Shown piece by piece: positions 13,321-24,874 of a DNA stretch of 64,000 nucleotides. The stretch is from Carcharhinus amblyrhynchos. Its lineage: Eukaryota. The position numbers were made by a program, and so were the translations under genes. Where the stretch lies: positions 48,236,001 to 48,300,000 of the forward strand of contig OZ336882.1 in NCBI GenBank assembly GCA_965287045.1. Reading direction: 5' to 3'. The notes below the pieces were generated by a model, which did no database searches, had not been told where the DNA came from, and saw nothing but the letters and a program-made list of their open reading frames with translations. How positions within the stretch are numbered: the first letter of the stretch is position 1; each line of letters begins with the position of its first letter.

Positions 13321-14069
13321 ATACACATGGGAAAATATAAAATTATTTTTTCATTTTGCTGATGACGCGCAGCAATAATTATGAACTTAGTATATTGTTA
13401 AATCTAAGTTAGAGTTCATTTAGTGATGTAACTTTTCTCAAGTGTTTTAAAATAACAAAAACTAATAGCATCAAAGGGGCAGGTTTCAATTAGTCATGAC
13501 TTCTACTTGATTGCAGTCTGGAAGGATTTCAAACAATGCACCCTACAGAATCAATGATTGCAACACCTGGAGTTTTGTATTTAACTGCATGCATGGACTC
13601 TAGAGAGTTTCAGAAGAGTAACAATGACAAATGTTGACAGTTTAGCTATTATTTACAGGTTAATTGCTAAGTGGAATTTCTATAGATTGAAGTTATTCAT
13701 AAATTATTGGCTTTTCTCACTTTTGTTAATTTTTTAAAGCAATTACACAGTCATGTTTTGATACTATATCCATCTGGAACAAGAGAGACATTTTAAAGTT
13801 ACCCATGATGAAACATGAGTATATGGTGTTTTATAACACACAATGCATCACTAGTACCATTGATTTACAATAGCTGAATGCATCTTTTTTTTTGTTCCAC
13901 AGTGTTCCAGAATTTTTACCTACATTTTGAGGAATTAAATCCCACGTTTTTCTATTTTCCCCAAAAAACCATGAAAAAGTCAGCTTGATTACTATAGGTT
14001 AATTTATCCATGGATTTTATCAACTTTCAAAAAATATCCTTCCACAACAAACAAAGATGTCTAGACAAC

Positions 14070-15912
14070 ATATAGCAGACTGGAAACAAAACCCCAGCTG
14101 GAAACATCCATCCAAGGCTGATGAAGGAAGTTAAGGACAGAATGAGATAAAAGAAGAGGTTTATAATGTTGCAAAGTATAGTAGTAAGCCTGAGAACTTG
14201 AATGTGTTTTAGAAATAGCAAAAGGTGGCAACATTAAAAGAGAATAGCAGCATGAAAATAACAATAGGTTGCAAGAGCTTTTACAAATATATAAAAAGGA
14301 GAACAGCAAAAGTAAAGGTTGGTCCCTTAGACGGAGAGGCAGAAAAATCTATCTTCATTCCCCATTTGTCACGGGGAATGAAGAAACAGCATAGGCAATG
14401 AACAAATACTTCATCACAATCGGACACAAGTTACAGATCAGAAATAAAGGTAATCAAGGTGCTAATATAAGCAGACAAAGAAATCTGAAGAAACTTAAGG
14501 AACGAAAATTCAACAAATCCCCGGAATCTGATGGCCTACATCCTGGTAGCTGCAGAGATAAAAAAGGTAGCTGCAGAGATATTGAATGCACTGGTTATAA
14601 TTTTCCAAACTCTCTCAACTGTAGGAAAGTCCCAGTGGATTAGAAATTAGCAAATACAATACTACTATCCAAGAAAAAAGGGAGAGAGAAAAGAGGGAAC
14701 TAAGGACCTATTAGCCTGACATGTCATAACACAAGAAGCAAAGAGTTTGGGATAGATGGTGCATTTTCAAGTTGGTGGGCTGTAACAAGTAGAATGCCGA
14801 AAGGATCAGTGTTGAGGCTTCAGCTATTGACAATCTATATTAATGACTTTGACAAAAAGACAGAGTAATGTATCTAAATTTTCTGATGATACAAAGTTAG
14901 GTGGGAATGTAAGCTATGAGAAGGACACAAAAGTTGCGGAGATAGTGATAGATTAAGAGGGTGGGCAGCAAAGTAATAGGTAGAACGTAAGCGGGCAAGT
15001 GTGAGGTTATTTACTTGATAGTAAGAATATGAGTGTTTTTTAAAAAAGCATGGAACTTTGAAATGTTGACCTTCAAAGAGGAATAGTTGTACATGTACAA
15101 GAAACATAAGCATGCATAGACAGCAAGCAATTAGGAAGGCAAATGGTACTTTCATCCTTATTTCAAAGGGATTGTAATATAAGAACAAAATCCTTGTCAC
15201 CATTTTATAGGCAAAACCACAGCTTGAATACTGTGCACAGTTTCGGTTTCCATATTTAAGGAAAATATACTTACACTGGAAGCAGTACAGCAAAGGTTCA
15301 CTGGATTGGTCCCTGGGATGAGAGGGCTTTCCTATACTGAGAAGCTGAGTAAACTGTGCCAATCTCTCTGGAGTTAAGAAGAATGAGGGGTGATCTAATT
15401 GAAACATACAATAAGAGTCTAACAACACCAGGTTAAAGTCCAACAGATTTATTTGGATCACATGCTTTTGGAGCACTGCTCCTTCATCAGGATTTTAACG
15501 TGGTGTTGTGAGACTTCTGACTGTTCCCCCTCCCCCAAACCCCCCTCCACTCCAACGCCGGCATCTCCACATCATGAAACATACAAAATTCTGAAAGGGC
15601 TTAATAGTATTTACAGAGAGATGGTTTCCCTTTGTATCTGGAACTTGGGGGCACAGTCTCAGGATGAGGCATCAGTCATTTAGGATTGAGATGAGTAATT
15701 TCTTCAAAGAATTATGCACCTTTGAAATTCTTACTGTCAAGAAGGGTGTGGATGCTCCATTATTGCATATATTTAAATCTGAGATGGACCAAAAATCTAT
15801 CTATCACAGAATCAAGGAAATACATGGGAAAGTGAAATTGAGGCAGAAAATCAACCATAATTGTACTGAATAGTGCAGCAGGCTCAAAGAGCAATCCTGT
15901 TCCTATTTCTTA
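14070..15912 (+). mobile_element. CR1 ORF2 and 3' end, decayed, hosting a Penelope fold-back
   Basis: KFNKSPESDGLHP, VPVDW-like, ttttctgatgatacaaag (FSDDTK), 3' tail cctgttcctatttcttat. Confidence 0.85.
15412..15574. mobile_element. Short Penelope-derived fold-back element with a decayed hammerhead motif
   Basis: Inverted arms (gtctaacaacaccaggttaaa / tttaacgtggtgttgtgagac), tail ctccaacgccggcatctccacatca, perfect 12-bp TSD TGAAACATACAA (15400-15411, 15575-15586). Confidence 0.85.
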
Positions 15913-18900
15913 TACTATTAGTAGGGTACAGAGGTTCAGAATGGCAGTGCTTTTGGAGCAGGGCATGTGTTTAGTAACACTATGTGTTTTATTGGGAAAT
16001 TCCTTGTGTTTGGCACAAGTGATAGGGACCTTGTGAAATGGCATTCCAGAGTCTATCAGTGCTAAAGAATGGGGGCTTCCAAGAGGATACCAGGGGTTCA
16101 GGCATTGAAGCCAAGACTTATTGGGGTTGCAGAACAGTTATGTGGCAGTGAGTGGGTATACAACCAGGATGGGATTCAGAGGGATTGCAGGGTCTAATGG
16201 GATTGAAAAGGGGGTCAAATAATGGGATTGGGATTTTGGATTGAGGACTTTTATGGGGGCAGAGGGGTGTTGAAAGATGGTCTGTATGCTTTCAGCACTG
16301 ATAGGAATAGGTCTGAGAAGAATCTGCCCCAATGCATCCTGTACGTGGCTGCACCCAGCCTTCAATGCACTCACAGTTGGCAAATACAGTGTTAACATGC
16401 ATTTTTCACAGAATGTCAGCCAAGAAATAGGATGGTGGAAGAGTGTGTTTGACAACTTATAGGCAAATGAAGATGAATTTCACTTATTTTTGCGTACCAG
16501 TTATGTTGTAGGTTTTATATTTTATCATGGAGTAATGAAAGGTTGAGGGGGGAAAATGTACTTAAAATTTTCAAATGAGATTTTGAGAGATTAAACTAGT
16601 TTGTGTCCTTTGAGAAGTTTACATATGGCCAAATTACAATTGATAAATCTACATTAAAAGTAATAAATTTGAGAGTGGATGATAGTCCTGAGATTTGTCA
16701 ACTTAAGTGCTACCTAGGAGAACAAGCTTGAAAAACTCAAACAGTGGTGACAAACACGTATAAACAAGTGTTAATCATTAGAAGGACATGACTAAAAAGT
16801 TTGATGATGCCAGTATAAGATCATATCAGGACATCTAAGTGCAGGCAAGTGAACAAGGAAAAGAAGAAATGATATTCAATAAATCTAACTATATAAAATT
16901 AAAAGCTGTTTGAAATCTCTATAAATGCTCTAATATTTGTGGGTTTGTTTTACTATCATATATTGATATTGGTGAGAGGCTGGCACAACATTTTGATCAA
17001 AAAAATTCTTGAACCAGATGATAACTTAACAATTAGTACAAGACATTACGTTAAATACAAGTATGGCTTACGTAAAGAAGAAAATAACAAAAAAAACTGC
17101 CCAAACTCTATACATCAAGTACTGGCTTCACACTAAGTGTAAGTTTTGTTGAGCTTAACTTACCGTACCTAAGAAGTACACACTTGCTTGCTGAGGCAGA
17201 AACTTGAAGTCACACAAGCGTAATTCTTTCTCCTGAATTGAAAGTACACAAAAATATACATAAAGAATATACATTGCACACAAGAAATAAGTTTTAATAT
17301 GTCAATAGTTTGACAAAATTCCTAATATCAAAAATGTAAAATTTTTAAATTTAGAAAGGAATGTACTAAAATCTAATTTTACTGGCTTAAAATATTGAAA
17401 TTGAAGTGGCCCATTCATTTTGTGCATAAAAGACCAAGTACAGGTCATCTGTAGAGAAAAATGAAGTGTTTCTGGTACTACAACAGGATGTTCATATAGA
17501 TTCCAGTTTTAAACAGTAGTGAAGCACCAGACACACAAAATGTTCAATCATTATTGCCTCCTCACATATCCAAAGATCGCTGACAGGTGCTCACCTGCTC
17601 CTTGGCAAATACATTTGCTTGCCTTTTTGGATCAGATCCTTTCTTTGCATCATCAGGCATGCCCACCATCAGTGCCACAGTAACATTTAATTTAAAAGCA
17701 TTGGAAAATGTCAATTTGACTTTATTTAAAAAACAGTTGCAAAAATAGGTTAAATGAAACACTGAATCTGGGGATGGGGCACGGAAGATTATTGAAAGCT
17801 CACTTCATGCCTCAAGTTCATGTCCTGAATTGTGCCACTCATGCTGCCTCAAGATTTCTTCAACTTCAAATATAATTATGAATAGCTCAATTATGAAGCT
17901 GCTGGAGATAATATCACAATAGCAATGCAATGATCCTATCAATTCAAGATCAAATATCTTCCATTCAATACCATGTCACACTAGGATCAGTATAACTCCA
18001 TGCTATCCTTCAAATTAACAGTTTTTAATAAAATTTAAAAAATTCATGATATATAGGTTTTTAAATATGATTCCGCTCCTGATATCCACTATAAACCAAT
18101 ATCATTTCTGGATTTTTGCAAAATAGCATTAAAGCAGTTATTTTGACATGTAAAGCAAAAGAAAAACACTGCATTTTGGGCAAAATGTTAAAAAGTTAAA
18201 AGAATTGAGTATCAAAAACAGCATCAAGAATTTTCATCACTGCTCCCAAAAAAGACCTTTTAGAAGAACTGGACAATTTTCTAACACACAAATGCTAGTC
18301 AATGGTAGTAGTTCTAAGTGCCATTCTGAGGTCATCATGGCCTTTGAACAAAACCTATGGCTTTCATATTTCATTGGATAACATATATAACTTTTGGGAG
18401 ACTCTTGATAAAAAATCTTAAGGAAAGCATGGCTAGGAATGCACCTACATACAAGAAATAGAGAAGTGTGATCAGATTAAACACTTCAATCTCATCACTA
18501 AGCTCAAACTTATTCAAGCAAAAAACGCTATTTGCAGCACTAAGTTCCACAGATTTGGAATCAGCTATCATGAGATGTAATATGGCATATTGTGAAAATT
18601 CATATTTCTGCTACTGACCAGAACTTTGATCTTTGGATTGTCTGTTCAGATCACTTCCAATAATTTGCACTTATATATTTTCTCACAGAAAGATACCTAA
18701 AAGTGACTGATTGCCATCAAGCTGGAGAGGGGAACGATTAAGTGGATACAGGAAACAAAAACAGATTTAAAAAATCTTTGAAAGGAGTTGGAGAGCAAAG
18801 TAGCTGAAGTGGGAGAAGTTTAGAAGAGCAAGGGTGTAGTGACTGAAACAATTTCTGTCAATGGTACAGCACAAAATGAACGTAGTTAGAGGGACAGTGT

Positions 18901-19564
18901 GGATGATGACATTAGGCTGGTGAAGATTGCATAATAAAGCTATGTGATTAAGAAGAAGTTTGTTGAAACTGATTTGCAGGAGAATAATCTCTCAGGTTTT
19001 CTGCAATTGCGGTTTTAGGCCAAAGCAATGAAATTGCAGTGCATCTTTCTAGAAAGGTTATCTAGATATGAATGAGACTTGGACATTTGCGAACTGTTTC
19101 CAACTGCTTGGGATGCCAAACTGGTTTGCGATAGATGTTGCTGCTGGTTTTAGAAACTTTGTTGTGCTCAGAACTTACAAAGCAGGTAAGTATAGGGAAA
19201 CTATGTAGTTCTTCCTTCCTTGCAAATTCTGACAGGAAAATATTGAGAAATTCCAGTGAAAAATCTATTTAAAAAAACTTCAACTGCTGATGAAACATAG
19301 AAGCAAAATCCAAGCAGGCTTGCATTTGCTGAAGGAGGCTAGGGGAAAGAAGGAATGGGCACTGGAGAAGGTGGCTGCAGAGGAGAATAGACACCACAGA
19401 GGTGACTGAGAGAGGCAATGGGTGCTGCTGATGGGACTGCAGGACCAGGAACAATGGGCACAGCCAAGGTGGAGAGGAAATGGGCACTGCCAACAGGGCT
19501 GAGGCAAACCAGCGACTGCATAGGAAGGGGGATGGCAATGAGGGGAAGGAAGCCAGGGGAGATC

Positions 19565-19921
19565 ATAGATCACAGAAAAGATCATAGAAACCCTACAGTA
19601 CAGAAAGAGACCATTCGGCCCATTGAATCTGCACGGACCATAATCCCACCCAGGCCCTACCCCCATATCCCTATACATTTGCCCACTAATCTCTCTAACC
19701 TACACATCTCAGGACACTAAGGGGCAATTTTAGCATGGCCCATCAACCTAACCTGCACATCTTTGGGCTATGGGAGGAAACAGGAGCAACCAGAGGAAAC
19801 CCATGCAGAGACGAGGAAAATGTGCACACTCCACACAGACAATGACCCAAGCGAGTAATCGAACCCAGGTCCCTGGAGCTATGAAGCAGCAGTACCAACC
19901 ACTGTGCTACCATGCCACCGG
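19565..19921 (-). mobile_element. V-SINE (HE1-like) with CR1-derived tail
   Basis: Antisense head (taccaaccactgtgctaccatgccacc), V-domain, tail catagaaaccctacagtacagaa..ccattcggccc. Confidence 0.9.
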
Positions 19922-20513
19922 GAGGTTGGGGAGTGGCAGCATAGGAGGACTGGGGAGAAGGGGGCATGAAGAGCAAAGAGAGGTGGCAGGAGAGGGGGGA
20001 GAGAGAGAAAGATGATGGAGATAGAGAAATGATGGGGAGGGGGAGAGATGATTGATTGGGGGAAGAAAGGGTGCTGGCGGCCGGACAAAGCCCGGGATCT
20101 CTCTCCCACGCCGCACTCAGAGTTGTCTCGGGAACTGATGGAAAGTTCTTGTTGTTGGGAAGGGGCGTGGGTGGGTGGCTAGCTGAGGCTGTCTGTCATC
20201 GCAGTGAGTGAGTGACCGACGGCGCCGCCTCGAACTCTTCTCCGCCAACCCCCCCCCCCCCCCCCCCAACATCGGGAGAGTCGGCGACAGCTTCGACCAC
20301 CCCCGGCCCGGGGAGCGGCTCCGCCCCTACAGCCGAGAGCCCGGGGCCCAGTCGGCAGGCAAGGGGGAGGGGGGAACTGAGAGAGGCCCCACCTTCCCCG
20401 GCCCCTAGGACCGTTAGCCTGTCCCAGCCTGGCCTAGACTAGCCGCGCGCTGTCCCGCCAGCCCCCCCGGGCTGGTAGCCGGTTGATTGTTGCCCCCAGG
20501 GTGCCAGCCTCAC

Positions 20514-20620
20514 CCCTCCCTCCGTCCCTCCTCCTCCTCCCCTCTCACACTCACTCTCTCTCTCCCTCCGGCAGCTGTCCGTTTGCGGCGCGCGCGGATC
20601 CGGCGATTGTGGAACGCACG
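20514..20620 (-). other. Putative non-coding first exon (5' end approximate)
   Basis: Donor GGG|GTGAGG at 20514/20513 just downstream of the promoter motifs; purine-rich, no ATG on the minus strand. Confidence 0.55.
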
Positions 20621-20655
20621 GCGGGGGGGGGGGGGGGGAGAAATCGTCCGGCCCA

Positions 20656-20743
20656 CCACGTCACAATGCCCTGGGCTCCTCGGCCAATGGGGGCCGAGCT
20701 CCGGCAACTCGTCCGCCCCTTCCCCCCCCCCCTCCCCACGTCA
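20656..20743 (-). promoter_or_regulatory. Motif cluster: 2x TGACGTGG (UPRE/CRE-like), CCAAT box, GC box
   Basis: CCACGTCA at 20656-20663 and 20736-20743, CCAAT at 20684-20688, CCGCCC at 20713-20718 (plus-strand spelling). Confidence 0.65.
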
Positions 20744-21839
20744 ACATTCCAGAGGGCGAGGCGCGTGAGGGGCGGCAGTGCTTTGTGCTGCTGCTCAGAG
20801 CCCACAGTGAGAGATAGGCTGCAGACCATAGCACATTCCGCTGACAAACATCTCAGGAAAAAAATGTCTCATCCACTTCTAAAATAACGTAGCATTGTGG
20901 ATGCTGCATTTGCTGCAAGACATCTTGCTGCTTAAAATCACATTTGAATCATACTATCTAGAAATAAACTTTTGGTAATATCTAATTGTTTAATATTGCT
21001 AAGACCATATTTCATATTGCTAAAGCCAAATGTAGACAATTGAATTGCAATTTTTTTTGCACCGAAGGACAAAGTCGTTACATTTCGTGAAAAGAATACA
21101 GTTCCCCTCATGTAAGGCTCCCCAGAAGTCTGCATAACAATGTCTAACATTTCTTAACTGGTGCTATGACTCAGAAGCAGGCCTTTCAGCCACCTCTTCC
21201 CCAGCCCTCTTCCAAAGTAATTGTGAAGATCTAGTTCTAATCTCCTGTCTTTTTTCACGTAACACTTCTGCATCCAATTCCTGTTTGAAAGCCACGATTG
21301 AATCTGCCTCCTCCATCACACTTAATCTAATTCAGGTCCCCACCGTTCACTACACGACAGTACTTTTACAAATAGCTTATTTTGTTCTCTTCCATTCTTC
21401 AGCGTTCACCTCATTGCAGTCCCTTCCATCGTACAGCAGAACTGTTAATTGAGAATCCTGAGCCCCTCTCCTAGATCTCCTATTTTCTGACTGCTATAGC
21501 CTCAAAGGTTTCACTGAGGCCTGCTGTGATCCCTTCAATTAAGAATTTTTTCTGTGACAGAGTTGGTGCATCACCCCACCCATCCTTCCCAATTTGTTGA
21601 TAAGACAATAAGTGGGATGATTTTTAGTTTATTAGTATCAAGAGTAGGTTTACACTAACACTGCAATGAAGTTACTGTGGTTTGCTCTTCTTGCTCCATA
21701 TGGGAAACCAGACATCGAGTGCCCAGGGCCAGAATGTATGCAAGAATGTGTCCAGCTACAGCTCCTGGAAACTCAAGTTTCAGAGCTGAAACCACAGCTA
21801 GGGACACTGTCGCGCACCCATGAGTCAGAGTATTTAGAA

Positions 21840-21978
21840 CACTGGATAAAAGCAAATTACTGCAGATGCTGGAATCTGAAACCAAAAGAGAAAAAGCTGG
21901 AAAATCTCAGCAAGTCTGGCAACATCTGTAAAGAGAGGAAAGAGCTATTGTCGCGTCCAGCTGACCCTTTGTCAAAGC
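21840..21978 (-). mobile_element. Fragment of a second Penelope-like terminal-repeat family, nested in CR1 ORF1
   Basis: gcagatgctggaatctg..gctggaaaatctcagcaagtctggcaacatctgt; reverse complement resembles 58770-58830; minus strand carries the decayed motif TTGACAAAGGGTCAGCTGGAC. Confidence 0.55.
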
Positions 21979-24113
21979 AAAGGGAGGTGTTCATACCGCA
22001 ACTGAAAGGACTTAAGGAACAGAATGGGTGACCACCAGATAGTCCAAGAGATGTAGACGGGTAGTTCAGGAGTCCCTTGGAGTCTCGCCTGCAAATTGGT
22101 ATTCTATTTTAGAGGCTGATGAGGACGCTGGTTCCTTTAGGGAATGCAGACAGAACCAAGCTTCTGGCACCACAAGTTGCCTGTCTGTATGGGGCGGGGC
22201 AGGGTGGAGAGGAGAGCGAGAGAGCGGCAGGGCAATAGTAAAAGGGGATTCAATAGTCAGGGGTATAGATAAGCACCACTGTGGCCAATGTGACTCCAAG
22301 ATGGTACGCTGCCTCCCTGGTGCTAGGGTCTGGGATGTCATTGAATGGCTGCAGGGCATTCTGAAGGGGATGATAAAGGCAGAGGTCATGGTATGTTTTG
22401 CTACCAATGACATAGATAGACAGAGAGATGAGGTCATGCATCAAGAATACAGAGTGTTAGGCAATAGACTAAAAGGCAAAATCTCTCAGGTTATAACCTC
22501 AGGATTACACCCAGTGCTGTGTGCTAGCAAGCACAAAAACAGGAGGTTAGTGCAGATGAATGCATGGTTTAACAATTGGTGTAGAAGGGAGGGTTTTAGA
22601 TTCCTGGATCACTGGGACCATTTCTGAGGAAGGCAGGACTGTTTACGTTTCAATCAGAACAGGAATAACATCCTTGTGAGACGTTTTGCTAGTGCTGTTG
22701 GAAGGAACTAAAGTAATTTGGCAGGGGAAGGGGACACAGACTGTTCGCAGAATAATACAGCAAAAAAAAGTCAGAGGGAGTGCAGTTTCAAGGGAGTAAG
22801 GCTGGGCTGGATGGCCCCTATTTTAATGCCAGCAGTATTGCAGGTAAAATAGATGAGTTGAGGGCAATGATTGATATGTGGAAGTGTGATATAGTAGCTA
22901 TCACAAGGACACAGTTGAAGGAAGGACACAATTGACAACATTCCAGGATTAGAATCTTCAGGTGAGGTGGTAAAAGTGGAGGAGACATTGCATTATTTGT
23001 TAAGAAATCAGTTACTAAGTAACGAGAGATGATGTATGGGAGGGGGCATCAAATGAAACTTTATGGGTAGAGGTTAGGAATAAAAAAAAGGACAGCCACA
23101 TTTTTAGGTGTTTATTATAGACCCCCAGATAGTCAGAGGGATATTGAGGAGCAAATGTGTGCTCATTTTGTAGATGTGTATAAAAATAATAAATAGGGTT
23201 ACTGTATGAGATGATTTCAACTTTCCCAATATTAACTGGGATTATACATAGTGTTAAGGGCTTGAATGGAATACATTTCTTAAATGTGTACAGGAGAACT
23301 TTTTAAATCAATATGTGGACAATCCAGCAAGGGAGGGAGCTGTGCCTGACCTGATTCTGGGGAATGAAGCCAGTCAGGTAGTTGAGGTGGTGGTGGGGGA
23401 TGGCGATCACAACATGGTACGATCTGGCTAAGGTAAACTGAGAACAACTACTTATGGGAAAATCTACAGAAGAGCAGTGGGCGGCATTCAAAAAGGAAAC
23501 GGGGAGCGTGCAAGCCCAGCATGTTCCCCCTAGGGTGACAGGTAGGAATAACAAGCCCAGAGAATCATGGATCACCAGAGACATTCAGGATATAAGGAAA
23601 AGGAAAATAAAAAGGCTTTTTTAAAAAGTACAAGGGGAGCAAATCAGTGGGGGCATTAGTAAGGTATAGAAAGTGCAGGGTGGAGCTTAAGAAAGCAATT
23701 AGGAAAGCGAAAAAGTGTTATGAGAAAGCTCTGGCTGGTAAAAGTAGGGAAAATCCCAAGATATTCTGTAAGTATATCAACAGGAAGAGGATAACCAGGG
23801 AAAGAGTACAGCCCATTAGGGAACTCAGGAGGCAGTCTGTGGATGCAGCCAGAGGACATCGGTAGAGTGTTGAATGAATATTTCACATCTGTCTTTACCC
23901 AAGAGAATGAGGACGATGATACAGCATTCAGGGAGAGGGACTGTGAGATTCTTCAGCAAATTGACATAGGGAAGGACAAGGTATTGGCAGCTTAAAAGTG
24001 GATAAATATCCAGGTTCAGATGGATTATGCCCTAAGCTGCTATGGGAGACAAGGGAAGAAATTGCAAGGGCTCTGACCCAAATTTTCAATTCATCTCTGG
24101 CCACAGGGGAGGT

Positions 24114-24874
24114 ATGATGTGGAGATGCTAGCATTGGACCGGGGTAAACAATAAAAGTCTCACAACACCAGGTTAAAGTCCAACAAGTTTATTTGGTAGC
24201 ATAAGCCACTAGCTTTCAGAGCACTACTCCATCAGGTGATAGGAGTTCTACTCACAAACAGGACATACAAAGACACAAACTCAATTTACAAGATAATGAT
24301 GGGAAAGTGAGTCTTTACAGGTATTCAAGTCTTAAAGGTACAATGTGAGTGGAGAGAGGGTTAAGCACAGGTTAAAGAGATGTACATTGTCTCCAGACAG
24401 GACAGTTAGTGAGGGTTACAGATATTGTGGCATGAACCCAAGATCCTGGTTGAGGCCATCCTCATGTGTGTGGAACTTGGCTATCAGTCTCTGCTCAGCG
24501 ACTGACTCTGCATTGTCGTGTGTCATGAAGGCCGCCTTGGAAAATGTTTACCCGAAGATCAGAGACCAAATGCCATGACCGCTGAAGTGTTCCCTAACAG
24601 AAAAAGAACACTCTTGCCTGGTGATTGTTGAGCGGTGTTCATTCATCTGTGTCCTTTAAGACTTGATTACCAGTAAAGACTCACATTCCAACCATTATCT
24701 TGGAAATTGAGTTTGTCTTTATATGCCCTGTTTGTGAATAGAACTTCCACTCACCTGATGAAGGGGCAACACTCCGAAAGCTAGTGGCTAGTGGTAAACC
24801 TATTGGACTTTAACCTGGTGTTGTGAGATTTCTTATTGAGTTTATCCCAGTCCAAAGCCGGCACCTCCACATCA
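24114..24874. mobile_element. Penelope-like element, inverted-repeat insertion with GIY-YIG C-terminal remnant
   Basis: About 220-bp inverted terminal copies starting ATGATGTGGAG / ending CTCCACATCA; minus-strand remnant QMNEHRSTITRQECS; TSD CAGGGGAGGT/CAGGAGAGGT (24104-24113, 24875-24884). Confidence 0.9.
24751..24787 (+). ncRNA. Minimal type-I hammerhead ribozyme motif, catalytic core intact
   Basis: UCAC-CUGAUGA-A-GGGG(CAACA)CUCC-GAAA-GC-UA-GUGG: stem I UCAC/GUGG, stem II GGGG/CUCC, palindromic AGCU in place of stem III, NUH = CUA. Confidence 0.75.

Larger units (their letters stand above)
20070..20790 (-). promoter_or_regulatory. CpG island promoter of an unidentified minus-strand gene
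   Basis: The only long non-repeat GC/CpG-dense block in the window; contains CCAAT, GC box, CRE-like sites and G/C homopolymer runs. Confidence 0.8.

Noticed and set aside
14874-15476. 200-aa minus-strand ORF
   Set aside because: Antisense to a decayed CR1 and crosses a Penelope insertion; chance frame
17620-17660. TGATGA...CTGA on the minus strand as a C/D snoRNA
   Set aside because: Boxes are only about 14 nt apart, too short for a snoRNA
20208-20887. Several Pro/Gly-rich ORFs on both strands
   Set aside because: Expected from stop-codon depletion in a CpG island; no recognisable protein
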